The notes under the pieces were generated by a model, which was given only the letters and a program-made list of their open reading frames with translations, searched no databases and was not told where the DNA came from. From Rickettsiales bacterium (GTDB lineage Bacteria; Pseudomonadota; Alphaproteobacteria; Rickettsiales; UBA998), in the NCBI GenBank assembly GCA_024304995.1, contig JAMWZD010000004.1:75282-139281 (forward strand): 64,000 bases of DNA, in the 5' to 3' direction. Made by a program: the position numbers and the translations under genes. Positions 38,370 to 47,889 of the stretch are shown piece by piece. Within the stretch, counting starts at the first letter, position 1, and every line of letters begins with the position of its first letter.

Positions 38370-39610
38370 TATCCCTTCTCCACCACAGCATCCAAGCCAT
38401 ATGCCTCGTGCAAAGCACGAATTGCCAATTCAAGATAGGCTTCTTCAATCAACACGCTAATTTTAATTTCAGAAGTGGTAATCACAATAATATTAATGTT
38501 CTTTTCTGCCAGTGTGCGGAACATATCCTGCGCAACACCTGCGTGAGAACGCATACCCACACCCACCACAGACACTTTGGCAACTTTGCCATCTGTATGC
38601 AGGGATTCATAGCCAATTTTGCCACGTGCTTTTTCAAGCTCTGCCTTGGCGCGTTCTAAGTCCCCCTGACCTACGGTAAATGTCACATCGGTGGACATGC
38701 CGTCTGGTGTCACATTCTGCACAATCATATCCACATTGATTTCCGCTTCTGCCATTGGTCCAAAAATAGCCGCAGAAATGCCAGGCTTGTCAGATACATT
38801 TGATAAGGTAATACGCGCTTCATCACGGCTATATGCAATGCCTGTGACCCGTTGTTTTTCCATAATATCTTCTTCTTTCACGAGTAATGTCCCCTCTGCA
38901 TCATTAAAACTTGAACGCACCTGCAAGGTGACGTTGTGATTCATTGCCATTTCAACAGACCGCGTCTGCAACACTTTTGCGCCCGCAGATGCCAGTTCCA
39001 GCATTTCTTCAAATGAGATTTTGTCCAGCTTGCGCGCCGATTTGACGATGCGTGGATCTGTTGTATAGACCCCGTCCACATCCGTATATATATCACAGCG
39101 CTCTGCCTTAAATGCTGCCGCAATCGCCACGGCTGAAGTATCAGACCCACCACGCCCCAGCGTGCTGACGCGGTTATGTGGCGTAACTCCCTGAAACCCT
39201 GTGATCACTGCAACGCGGTCATCATTAATGCTTTTCATTACGGCATCTGTTTCAATCTGGTCAATACGGGCTTTGCCGTAACTATCGGTCGTATGAATTG
39301 GCACTTGCCACCCCGTCCATGACCGTGCCAGAATGCCCATGGAACGCAGACGCAGTGCCAGCAGCCCAGCAGTTACCTGTTCACCCGCAGAGACTACCAT
39401 ATCATGGTCTGCATAGGCTTCCACATCATCAAGGCTGGAAAGCTCTTTCACATATCCCACCAATTCATCCGTAATGCCCGCCATTGCAGACACCACAACA
39501 ATCACCTGGTTGCCAAGCTCCACCTCTCGCGCCACATGGGCGGAGACTGCTTTGATGCGCTCAGTTCCTGCAACGGACGTGCCGCCAAATTTCTGTACTA
39601 TTAATGCCAT
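38369..39610 (-). CDS. lysC: Aspartate kinase
   Basis: The track ORF extends to 39646. The ATG at 39610 gives the canonical MALIVQKFGGTSV. C-terminal tandem ACT domains are present. Confidence 0.94.
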   Translation of the reverse strand: MALIVQKFGGTSVAGTERIKAVSAHVAREVELGNQVIVVVSAMAGITDELVGYVKELSSLDDVEAYADHDMVVSAGEQVTAGLLALRLRSMGILARSWTGWQVPIHTTDSYGKARIDQIETDAVMKSINDDRVAVITGFQGVTPHNRVSTLGRGGSDTSAVAIAAAFKAERCDIYTDVDGVYTTDPRIVKSARKLDKISFEEMLELASAGAKVLQTRSVEMAMNHNVTLQVRSSFNDAEGTLLVKEEDIMEKQRVTGIAYSRDEARITLSNVSDKPGISAAIFGPMAEAEINVDMIVQNVTPDGMSTDVTFTVGQGDLERAKAELEKARGKIGYESLHTDGKVAKVSVVGVGMRSHAGVAQDMFRTLAEKNINIIVITTSEIKISVLIEEAYLELAIRALHEAYGLDAVVEKG

Positions 39611-39678
39611 GACTAGTCTTTTATTCAGTAAATACACAAAAAGCAACTATAACAAGCAGTGTTGTTGCATGATAAGCC

Positions 39679-39707
39679 TTGACTTGAGAGACAAACACGC
39701 TATGAAT
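39679..39707 (+). promoter_or_regulatory. Possible sigma70-type promoter for rpmG-yajC
   Basis: TTGACT (39679..39684), a 16-17 nt spacer, then TATGAAT (39701..39707), about 35 nt upstream of the rpmG ATG. Confidence 0.35.
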
Positions 39708-39741
39708 ACCGCTTTAACATTAACATTGACTTTATAATATT

Positions 39742-39909
39742 ATGGCAAAGAAGAATACGATTCTTGTGAAATTGGTAAGCACAGCAGGCACTGGCTTTTA
39801 TTACGTGAAAAAACGCAACCCGCGCAAGCAACCAGAAAAACTGAACTTCCGTAAGTATGACCCTCGCGTGCGCAAGCACGTGGAATTTAAAGAAGAAAAG
39901 CTGAAATAG
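39742..39909 (+). CDS. rpmG: 50S ribosomal protein L33
   Basis: Below the ORF-track cutoff. My translation is [55 protein letters not shown] (55 aa), which is canonical L33. Confidence 0.92.
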   Translation: MAKKNTILVKLVSTAGTGFYYVKKRNPRKQPEKLNFRKYDPRVRKHVEFKEEKLK

Positions 39910-39913
39910 TTTC

Positions 39914-40306
39914 ATGTTGGTTTCTGCTTTATTATTTACAGATGCATTTGCTCAGGATGCTGCAACAAGTCAGTCTTCTTTAGTAAGTTTTGCACCGCTG
40001 ATTCTGATTTGTGCCATTTTCTATTTCCTTATTCTGCGTCCGCAAAATAAGCGTTATAAAGCGCATCAGGAAATGATCAATTCTGTAACCAAAGGTGACC
40101 AGATCGTGACCACTGGCGGCTTAATCGGTAAAGTCGTAAAAGTGGATTCTGACGACAAAACACTGCATGTGTCAATTGCTGAAAATACGACAGTGAAAGT
40201 TTTGCGTTCTGGCGTTGCATCAAAAGTGGAAACAGAAGCAGTTACGGCTGAAAAGCTCGACACAAAAGCGAATACGAAAAATAAGAAAATTGCCAACGAC
40301 AATTAA
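39914..40306 (+). CDS. yajC: Preprotein translocase subunit YajC
   Basis: LILICAIFYFLILRPQNKRYKAHQEMINSVTKGDQIVTTGGLIGKVVKV. Confidence 0.9.
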   Translation: MLVSALLFTDAFAQDAATSQSSLVSFAPLILICAIFYFLILRPQNKRYKAHQEMINSVTKGDQIVTTGGLIGKVVKVDSDDKTLHVSIAENTTVKVLRSGVASKVETEAVTAEKLDTKANTKNKKIANDN

Positions 40307-40389
40307 GAATAACTCTTAACTATTGCTTAGGTGCATTTTTCGCTTATATCTATACATATAGATATACAAAAAATAAAAAGGAGATAGTT

Positions 40390-40713
40390 ATGAGCACCAA
40401 AAAGATTACAGACGAAAATTTTGAACAGGAAGTGATTAAATCAGATAAACCTGTTTTAGTGGATTTTTGGGCTGAATGGTGTGGACCCTGCCGTCAACTT
40501 TCTCCAATCATAGATGAACTTGCCGCTGAATATGGCGACAAAGTGACCATCGCAAAAGTCAATATTGATGACAGCCCAGAAGCACCAAGCAAATATGGTG
40601 TACGCGGCATCCCGACCATGATTTTCTTCAAAAATGGTGAAGCAGTCGCAACAAAAGTGGGTGCAGTGCAGAAAACCAAACTGAAAGAATGGATTGACGA
40701 AAACGTAGCTTAA
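40390..40713 (+). CDS. trxA: Thioredoxin
   Basis: 107 aa with VDFWAEWCGPCRQL and YGVRGIPTMIFFKNG. Confidence 0.95.
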   Translation: MSTKKITDENFEQEVIKSDKPVLVDFWAEWCGPCRQLSPIIDELAAEYGDKVTIAKVNIDDSPEAPSKYGVRGIPTMIFFKNGEAVATKVGAVQKTKLKEWIDENVA

Positions 40714-40758
40714 CTTAAACGTTGCGTTTTTGATGCGCGCTGGATAGTTTATTTCAAT

Positions 40759-41790
40759 ATGGACGCAGAACGCATCACCACAGCACATACAATAATGACA
40801 GACGAACCAGACAAGGCACTCCGCCCGTCTGGTTTTTCTGAATTTACAGGGCAGAAAAAAGCCTGCGATAATCTTAAAGTCTTCGTCGCAGCCGCCCGCG
40901 CACGCAAGGAAGCGCTGGATCATACATTACTTTATGGTCCTCCTGGGTTGGGAAAAACCACTTTAGCGCACATCATCGCTAATGAAATGGGCGTAGGCTT
41001 GCGCTCCACTTCAGGGCCATTGCTCAGCAAAGCGGGGGACTTAGCAGCGATTCTGACCAGCTTAGAAGCCAATGATATTTTATTCATTGATGAAATTCAC
41101 CGCCTCAACCCTGCGGTGGAAGAAATACTCTACCCTGCTATGGAAGATGGCAAGTTGGACTTAATCATTGGAGAAGGCCCTGCGGCACGAACAGTGCAGA
41201 TAGACCTAAAACCGTTCACATTGGTAGGTGCAACAACGCGGCTTGGCTTGCTCTCCAACCCCCTGCGCGACCGTTTCGGCATTCCATTGCGCCTGGAGTT
41301 TTACAGCAAAGCAGAACTTGCCAAAGTGATTACCCGCGCGGCAAACATATTGCGTCTTCCCATGCATGAAGACGGCATCAATGAAATTGCAGGGCGCTCA
41401 CGCGGCACACCCAGAATTGCCGTGCGCCTGTTGCGCCGAGTGCGTGACTTTGCGCAGCTTTCATCACAGGATATGGTGGATAAAACTCTTGCTCATGCCT
41501 CCCTCACCTCTTTGGAGGTTGATGAAAAAGGACTGGATAGCGCAGACAGACGCTACCTCAATTTCGTCATCGCGCATTATGGCGGTGGCCCCGTGGGCAT
41601 AGACACCATCGCCGCGGGACTTTCCGAACAGCGCGACACATTGGAAGAAACGATTGAACCGTTTTTGCTGCAGCTTGGCTTTTTGCAACGCACGCCGCGA
41701 GGGCGCGTTATCACTGCCACGGCATATGCGCATCTGGGCATAGACTCATTGCCCCAGGCGCTCACCTCACAACAACAATTTGATGTATAA
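40759..41790 (+). CDS. ruvB: Holliday junction branch migration helicase RuvB
   Basis: [14 protein letters not shown], Walker [18 protein letters not shown] and [18 protein letters not shown]. Confidence 0.95.
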   Translation: MDAERITTAHTIMTDEPDKALRPSGFSEFTGQKKACDNLKVFVAAARARKEALDHTLLYGPPGLGKTTLAHIIANEMGVGLRSTSGPLLSKAGDLAAILTSLEANDILFIDEIHRLNPAVEEILYPAMEDGKLDLIIGEGPAARTVQIDLKPFTLVGATTRLGLLSNPLRDRFGIPLRLEFYSKAELAKVITRAANILRLPMHEDGINEIAGRSRGTPRIAVRLLRRVRDFAQLSSQDMVDKTLAHASLTSLEVDEKGLDSADRRYLNFVIAHYGGGPVGIDTIAAGLSEQRDTLEETIEPFLLQLGFLQRTPRGRVITATAYAHLGIDSLPQALTSQQQFDV

Positions 41791-42197
41791 TGCACGAATA
41801 TTCTCATAACATCAGAATCTATTATGAAGATACCGACGCAGGCGGCATCGTCTATTATGCAAATTATCTTAAATTTGCAGAACGCGCCCGCACAGAGTGG
41901 CTGCGGTCTTTAGGGTTCAATCAGCAGATCATGCGTGAAGAACTGGGCATCGGGTTCGTAGTCAAACAATGCAATGCAGATTATCATGCACCTGCATTGC
42001 TGGATGATGTCATCACCATCAACACCTCTATTATCGAACAGCGCAAAGCAGGCTTCACTATGCAACAACGCATCATGAAAAATGATTTATTATTATGCGA
42101 GATTATAGTGGTAATTATCTGCGTAAATGACGTGATGAAACCAACGCGCATCCCATCCAACATCACAGAAAAGATTGTTGCATGGCAACATCAATAA
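41790..42197 (+). CDS. ybgC: Acyl-CoA thioesterase, YbgC/4HBT family
   Basis: IRIYYEDTDAGGIVYYANYLKFAERARTEWLRSLG. Its position after ruvB is as in tol-pal loci. Confidence 0.85.
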   Translation: MHEYSHNIRIYYEDTDAGGIVYYANYLKFAERARTEWLRSLGFNQQIMREELGIGFVVKQCNADYHAPALLDDVITINTSIIEQRKAGFTMQQRIMKNDLLLCEIIVVIICVNDVMKPTRIPSNITEKIVAWQHQ

Positions 42198-42297
42198 AAC
42201 ATATGCGAATTGCAGAAAAACAGCCAAAAGTCATTGTTAAGAGAAAAAAAATCATTTAATGATTAGATGCAAAAAACTTTAAAAGGACAAAGATACT

Positions 42298-43503
42298 ATG
42301 TGTGCTGAAATTGTAGTTCCCTCATTAGGTGAATCCGTATCAGAAGCAACGATTGCAAAATGGTTCAAAAAACCAGGTGAAGCGGTCACAAAAGACGAGC
42401 CGTTGGTTGAGCTGGAAACAGACAAAGTGACGATGGAAGTGAACGCGCCAGCGGATGGCGTGCTGGAATCTATCGCAGCAAATGAAGACGATACCGTGGA
42501 AGTGGGCGCAATTCTTGGCGCAATTAAAGAAGGCGCGACTGCAAGCGCTGCTCCAAAAGAAGCAAATGCAGGCGAAAAGAAAGATGACACAGTAGCTGAA
42601 AAAGCAAATGAGCCAGCAACGGGAAAAGCAGCACATGATGCAAAAGATGGGCCTGCCGCTGAAAAAGCACTGGCTGAAAACCCGCAGGTGGACAGAAACG
42701 CGATTGCAGCAAGCGGAAAAGATGGTCGCGTAACCAAGTCTGATGTGTTGAGCGCAGCGGCTTCTGGTGCTGCAGCCCCTGCAAAAGAAGTGGCGCGCAG
42801 TGGCCCACGTGAAGAACGTGTGAAGATGACGAAACTCCGTCAGGTGATTGCAAAACGCCTGAAAGAATCTCAGGATACGGCTGCTATCTTAACGACATTC
42901 AATGAAATTGACATGTCCAATGTCATTGAGTTGCGCAAACAATATAAAGACCATTTTGAGAAGAAATTTGGTCATAAGCTCGGCTTTATGGGTTTCTTTG
43001 TGAAAGCGGCGGTGACAGCATTGCAGGAAATTCCTGAAGTGAATGCGCAGATTGACGGCAATGAAGTGATTTACAAAAATTACTATGATATTGGCGTTGC
43101 TGTGGGCACAGAGCAGGGTCTCGTTGTGCCTGTTATTCGTGATGCAGATGTGAAAACACTCTCTGAAATTGAAAAAGACATTGCAGACAAAGCCAAAGCG
43201 GCGCGCGAAGGCACGCTTGCCATGAAGGATCTGCAGGGTGGAACATTCACCGTCTCTAATGGTGGTGTCTATGGGTCGCTAATGTCTACGCCTATTATCA
43301 ACCCACCACAATCTGGCATTTTGGGGATGCATAAAACAGAAGAACGTGCCGTTGTGGTGAATGGACAGATTGTCATTCGCCCTATGATGTATGTGGCACT
43401 CTCCTATGACCACCGCATTATTGACGGACGCGAATCTGTAACGTTCCTGAAGCGCATTAAAGAGTCTATTGAAGACCCTCGCCGCTTCTTACTTGGACTT
43501 TAA
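42298..43503 (+). CDS. sucB: Dihydrolipoyllysine-residue succinyltransferase (E2 of 2-oxoglutarate dehydrogenase)
   Basis: Lipoyl domain ([16 protein letters not shown]), an Ala/Pro/Glu linker, an E3-binding domain and a catalytic domain ending in [14 protein letters not shown]. Confidence 0.93.
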   Translation: MCAEIVVPSLGESVSEATIAKWFKKPGEAVTKDEPLVELETDKVTMEVNAPADGVLESIAANEDDTVEVGAILGAIKEGATASAAPKEANAGEKKDDTVAEKANEPATGKAAHDAKDGPAAEKALAENPQVDRNAIAASGKDGRVTKSDVLSAAASGAAAPAKEVARSGPREERVKMTKLRQVIAKRLKESQDTAAILTTFNEIDMSNVIELRKQYKDHFEKKFGHKLGFMGFFVKAAVTALQEIPEVNAQIDGNEVIYKNYYDIGVAVGTEQGLVVPVIRDADVKTLSEIEKDIADKAKAAREGTLAMKDLQGGTFTVSNGGVYGSLMSTPIINPPQSGILGMHKTEERAVVVNGQIVIRPMMYVALSYDHRIIDGRESVTFLKRIKESIEDPRRFLLGL

Positions 43504-43518
43504 TTTACAAGGATTATT

Positions 43519-44907
43519 ATGACTGAATCATTCGATCTTATCATCATTGGCGCAGGCCCTGGCGGATATGTCGCTGCGATTAAAGCAGCGCAACTGGGCA
43601 TGAAAGTAGCGTGCGTGGAAAAACGCGGCACATTGGGAGGCACATGCCTGAATGTGGGCTGCATTCCGTCCAAAGCATTGCTGCAATCATCCGAACTCTA
43701 CGAAGAAATGCAACATGCGGAAGAACATGGCATTTCTGCAAATGGTGTGAGCATTGATGTGGCAAAATTGCTGGATCGCAAAAATGATGTGGTCGATAAA
43801 CTCACCAAAGGCATTGAAGGGCTGTTTGCCAAAAACAAGGTGACATGGTTGAAAGGCACGGCAAAAGTGACTGGCGCAAATAATGTAGATGTGGATGGGC
43901 AATCTTATGATGCTAAAAACATCCTCATTGCTACTGGTTCTGACGTGATGCCACTGCCTGGCGTGGATATTGATGAAGAACGTATTGTCTCTTCCACTGG
44001 TGCATTAGAGTTGAAAGAAGTGCCGAAAAAACTGATTGTAATTGGCGGCGGATATATCGGTCTTGAGATGGGAACTGTCTGGGGGCGTTTAGGCGCAGAG
44101 GTGGAAGTAATCGAATATGCAGATACGATTGTGCCAGCGATGGACAAGGACATCCGCAAAGAATTTCAGAAAATCCTTGAAAAGCAAGGCATGACGTTCC
44201 GCTTGAATACGAAAGTATCTGCTGTTGAACGCAACGGTGAGAAGGTATCAGTCACTGTGGAACCAGCCAAAGGCGGAGATGCTGAAACTATTGAAGCAGA
44301 TGTGGTGTTGGTGGCAATTGGCCGCAAACCGCATACGGATTCTTTAGGTCTGGATGCAGTCGGTGTGGCACTGGATGAACGCGGACGCATCAAAGTGGAT
44401 GCGCATTTCAAAACCAATGTGCCGTCTATCCACGCGATTGGGGATGTGATTGCAGGGCCAATGCTGGCGCACAAGGCGGAAGAAGAAGGCGTTGCATGTG
44501 TGGAAATGCTCAGTGGGCAAAAGCCGCATGTGAATTATGACTGCATTCCAGGTGTGGTCTATACATGGCCAGAAGTGGCAACGGTTGGCAAAACAGAAGA
44601 TGAGTTGAAAGCAGCTGGCGTAAGCTATAACGCAGGAAAATTCCCGTTTATGGCGAATAGCCGCGGTCGCGCAAGCGGCAATACGCAAGGCTTTGTGAAA
44701 ATTCTGGCGGATAAAGCAACAGACCGCGTGCTTGGTGTGCATATTATTGGTGCAGATGCAGGCACAATGATCGCAGAAGCTGTGCTGGCGATGGAATTTG
44801 GTGCATCATCAGAAGATATTGCGCGCACCTGCCATGCGCACCCAACCATGAATGAAGCTGTGAAGGAAGCCGCACTGGCAACCTTTGCCAAGCCAATTCA
44901 TATATAA
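43519..44907 (+). CDS. lpdA: Dihydrolipoyl dehydrogenase (E3)
   Basis: GAGPGGYVAAIKAAQLG, the redox disulfide GGTCLNVGCIPSK, and a C-terminal HAHPT. Confidence 0.95.
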   Translation: MTESFDLIIIGAGPGGYVAAIKAAQLGMKVACVEKRGTLGGTCLNVGCIPSKALLQSSELYEEMQHAEEHGISANGVSIDVAKLLDRKNDVVDKLTKGIEGLFAKNKVTWLKGTAKVTGANNVDVDGQSYDAKNILIATGSDVMPLPGVDIDEERIVSSTGALELKEVPKKLIVIGGGYIGLEMGTVWGRLGAEVEVIEYADTIVPAMDKDIRKEFQKILEKQGMTFRLNTKVSAVERNGEKVSVTVEPAKGGDAETIEADVVLVAIGRKPHTDSLGLDAVGVALDERGRIKVDAHFKTNVPSIHAIGDVIAGPMLAHKAEEEGVACVEMLSGQKPHVNYDCIPGVVYTWPEVATVGKTEDELKAAGVSYNAGKFPFMANSRGRASGNTQGFVKILADKATDRVLGVHIIGADAGTMIAEAVLAMEFGASSEDIARTCHAHPTMNEAVKEAALATFAKPIHI

Positions 44908-44914
44908 AATATCA

Positions 44915-44969
44915 GCCACGTTCATTTAGCACTTGCGATGCAACAAGCCATCCGCTAAAAGAACGTGGC
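44915..44969 (+). terminator. Long hairpin terminator after lpdA
   Basis: GCCACGTTCATTTAGC pairs with GCTAAAAGAACGTGGC (15 of 16 bp) around a 23-nt loop that has an internal CTTG/CAAG stem. It is followed by ATATTTT. Confidence 0.6.
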
Positions 44970-44978
44970 ATATTTTGC

Positions 44979-45041
<63 letters not shown>

Positions 45042-45063
<22 letters not shown>

Positions 45064-45320
45064 ACCCTTATTTTGATAGATGCATATAATATTGAATTGT
45101 GTGAAAATTCATGTGAGATAACATCTGTAAAATTAGACGGATCTGGAATCTTTTGATCATGAAGATTTAATAATTCTATATGTACCTCTAATGCGTCACG
45201 CGAGGATTCGAACAGTTCAATTAAATTTGCTCCTGCTGAAATGCATCCTGGAAAATCAGGAAAACACATACCATACTGGCTATCAATATCTTTGTGAATA
45301 ATTCCGATATAGTTCGTCAT
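45042..45320 (-). CDS. HicB-family antitoxin-like protein (orphan; the last ~7 codons are read from the tRNA-Leu gene)
   Basis: 92 aa with YIGIIHKDIDSQYGMCFPDFPGCISAGANLIELFESSRDALEVHIELL...KIPDPS, which matches the HicB N-terminal fold pattern. The 3' 22 nt overlap the tRNA-Leu T arm and acceptor. No hicA is adjacent, because rnpB starts about 17 nt upstream. Confidence 0.65.
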
Positions 45321-45336
45321 TCTGATCTCCTAAAAC

Positions 45337-45768
45337 GTTGTCAGACAGTCTGTAAGCCGGGTTCTGTCTTCGCCAAAAGCGGAGGCAATCATTCATCTGG
45401 ACAATGCATTGCTGCACCATTCTAGCAACCTACCCGAACACCAACGACGTGAAACGCGTCTGCCACAAGGGCGGCATTCCTATTTGGTCTTGCTCCGGAT
45501 GGGGTTTACCCTGCCATCTTTGTTACCAAAGACGCGGTGCGCTCTTACCGACACCTTTTCACCTTTTCCTGAACTTAAATTTGCATTTCACCCCATAGAT
45601 GGCTGAAATAGCAAGCACAGGTAGTTTATTTTCTGCGGCACTTTCCCTGAGGTCGCCCTCGGCGGGCATTACCCGCCATCCTGTTTCATGGAGCCCGGAC
45701 TTTCCTCGCACAAAAATTATGTTTGCACATAAAATGTGATGCACGCGATTGCCCGACTGTCTGACCTC
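45337..45768 (-). ncRNA. rnpB: RNase P RNA, bacterial type A
   Basis: The minus strand carries the universal blocks GAGGAAAGTCCGGGCTCC (complement near 45689), GGTAAGAGCGCACCGCG, GGTAAACCCCATCCGGAGCAAGACCAAATAGG, AGATGAATGATTGCC and ACAGAACCCGGCTTAC (complement near 45349). P1 pairs GGTCAGACAGTC with GACTGTCTGAC. The ends are approximate. Confidence 0.95.
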
Positions 45769-45835
45769 AGTAGCATAAACCGAGTGTAAAAAAAAACCAA
45801 CTGGTATATTTCACCAAATCTGGTATTGAAGAGTC

Positions 45836-47194
45836 ATGCAACAATCTAAAACGCACATCCTTTCTGGCTGGGGCAGAACGCCGCGCTATCTTTGCAAAAG
45901 CTGGCGGGCAGAACAGGTGCGTCACGCGGAAGATATCGTCACTCATGCATCAGAAGCGCTCATTGCGCGTGGCTGCGGTCGGTCATACGGCGATGCCGCC
46001 CTGCAACCAGATGGCGTATTGCATGTGCACCGAATGGACAAAATCCTCTCTTATGATGTGCAGACAGGAATCTTCACAGCGCAGTCAGGTGTGACATTGC
46101 GAGATATTATGCAGCGTTGCGTGAAAGATGGCTGGATGGTTCCTGTATTGTCTGGCACACAACATGTCAGCCTTGGCGGAGCGCTTGCCAGCAATATTCA
46201 CGGCAAAAATCACTATTGTGAAGGCAATATTGCAGATCATGTGCTGGAATGCAGCATCATGCTCGCCAATGGCGAAGTGGCATATTGCTCTCACACCGAG
46301 AACAGCGATTTATTTTACGCAACTGCAGGCGGCATGGGCATGACAGGGATTATTCTGGATGTCACATTGCAGCTTAAACGCATCAGCAGCACCACGCTTG
46401 AAAGTGCCACAAAGAAGGTGGATTCTTTGGAAGCGATGCTGGAATGTTTCGACACATCCAAAGACACTTCAGATTATATGGTCGGCTGGATTGACCATTT
46501 CGCCACAGGGAAAAAACTGGGGCGCGGTGTGTTTGAACGCGCTGTGCATCAGCATAATGGTGATGCCACATACCCTTTGCAGGTGCAGCCCCCCAAAAAA
46601 GCAAAGACTGTTCCAGACATTATCCCTTCTTTTTTGCTAAATCGTTACAGTATGGCGCTGTATAATCTGCTGCGGTTCCGCAAATATGACGAGGATTGGC
46701 GCGAAGAAATATCAGGATTTGAGCAATTTTTTCATCCGCTGGATAATCTGAATCACTGGAATAGATTATACGGCAAGAAAGGGTTCTATCAATATCAGTG
46801 CATTATTCCTGACAACAACAAGACGCTGGAACATATCACCCAGTTTTTGCAAACTATTCAGAAGAAACGGTGTTTTTCCTATCTGGCAGTGATGAAATAT
46901 CATCAGCCCCATCATTCCATGTTAGGGTTTGATATGGCAGGATATAGCATTGCGCTGGACTTTCCGAACGCTCCAAAATTTGTGGCGCTGCAAGGCGAAT
47001 TAAACCAGATGATCGCAGAAATGGGCGGGCGGGTTTACCTTGCAAAGGATGCGCTGCTGGAACGCAGATCATTTGAAGCAATGTATGCAGCAGAATTGGC
47101 AGACTGGAAAGCGGCTATCAAACAGATAGATCCCAATTTCCGTTTCCGCTCCGTTATGGCAGAACGACTAGGCTTTAAGGATGGTGCATCATGA
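45836..47194 (+). CDS. FAD-dependent oxidoreductase, DprE1-like (polyprenyl-phospho-ribose 2'-oxidase)
   Basis: 452 aa with full-length resemblance to M. tuberculosis DprE1 as I recall it. Matching blocks are SGWGRT, ARGCGRSYGDAA, SGTQHVSLGGALASNIHGKNHY, LFYATAGGMGMTGII, FFHPLDNLNHWNRLYGKKGFYQYQCIIP and RVYLAKD. Confidence 0.8.
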   Translation: MQQSKTHILSGWGRTPRYLCKSWRAEQVRHAEDIVTHASEALIARGCGRSYGDAALQPDGVLHVHRMDKILSYDVQTGIFTAQSGVTLRDIMQRCVKDGWMVPVLSGTQHVSLGGALASNIHGKNHYCEGNIADHVLECSIMLANGEVAYCSHTENSDLFYATAGGMGMTGIILDVTLQLKRISSTTLESATKKVDSLEAMLECFDTSKDTSDYMVGWIDHFATGKKLGRGVFERAVHQHNGDATYPLQVQPPKKAKTVPDIIPSFLLNRYSMALYNLLRFRKYDEDWREEISGFEQFFHPLDNLNHWNRLYGKKGFYQYQCIIPDNNKTLEHITQFLQTIQKKRCFSYLAVMKYHQPHHSMLGFDMAGYSIALDFPNAPKFVALQGELNQMIAEMGGRVYLAKDALLERRSFEAMYAAELADWKAAIKQIDPNFRFRSVMAERLGFKDGAS

Positions 47195-47889
47195 AACGGG
47201 CTTTGATTATTGGCGCAACCTCATCCCTTGCCGTCACTTTGTGTCGCAACCTGTCCGAAGAAGGCTGGACGTGTGATCTGCTGGGGCGCAATGAAGGTGA
47301 ACTGCACGCGCTGGCGGCAGATATTCTGGCACGCTACGGCATTGAAAGTCATATTATTTTAGCAGACTTAAGCGCTGCCCCCCCTGCCCTGAATTATGCA
47401 CCTTATCAGGCAGTGTTCATGCTGGCGGGAGCCATCAGCGATAATATCGCCACCTCTATGCAGGTGAATGTGACTGCACCTTGCGAAATGCTGCGCACGG
47501 CAGCTCAGAACATGCAGCAGCGTGGCATTGAGCAACGCAAGGAATGTCAGATTATTGTAGTCTCTTCCGTAGCAGGGGACAGAGGACGCGCCAGCAACTA
47601 TGTGTATGGCGCAGCAAAAGCGGCGCTCACAGCATTTGCTTCAGGGCTGCGCAACGAAATGCACGCTTACGGGATTCATGTGATGACGGTGAAACCAGGG
47701 TTTATAGATACGCCTATGACCTATCATATTTCCAGCCCGCTCATGGGCAGCCGCGAAACAGTGACGCGGGATATATTACGCGCGATGAAAAAACGAAAGG
47801 ATAGTATCTACACTCCATCCTTCTGGTATCTTATCATGCTGGTGGTGCGCAATATTCCTGAGCGTATCTTCAAACGACTTTCATTATAA
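47191..47889 (+). CDS. Short-chain dehydrogenase/reductase, DprE2-like
   Basis: 232 aa with IIGATSSLA and YGAAKAA. It has a 4-nt overlap with the DprE1-like gene, the same arrangement as dprE1-dprE2. Confidence 0.7.
   Translation: MKRALIIGATSSLAVTLCRNLSEEGWTCDLLGRNEGELHALAADILARYGIESHIILADLSAAPPALNYAPYQAVFMLAGAISDNIATSMQVNVTAPCEMLRTAAQNMQQRGIEQRKECQIIVVSSVAGDRGRASNYVYGAAKAALTAFASGLRNEMHAYGIHVMTVKPGFIDTPMTYHISSPLMGSRETVTRDILRAMKKRKDSIYTPSFWYLIMLVVRNIPERIFKRLSL

Noticed and set aside
39611-39741. A possible lysine riboswitch (L-box) or leader upstream of lysC.
   Set aside because: Only about 130 nt are available, shared with the divergent rpmG promoter. I could see none of the conserved L-box helices or motifs.
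42279-42737. A 152-aa Ala/Ser/Phe-rich minus-strand ORF.
   Set aside because: It lies antisense to the lipoyl-domain and Ala/Pro/Glu linker region of sucB. The composition is what the reverse frame of such a linker produces. There is no start context and no independent support.
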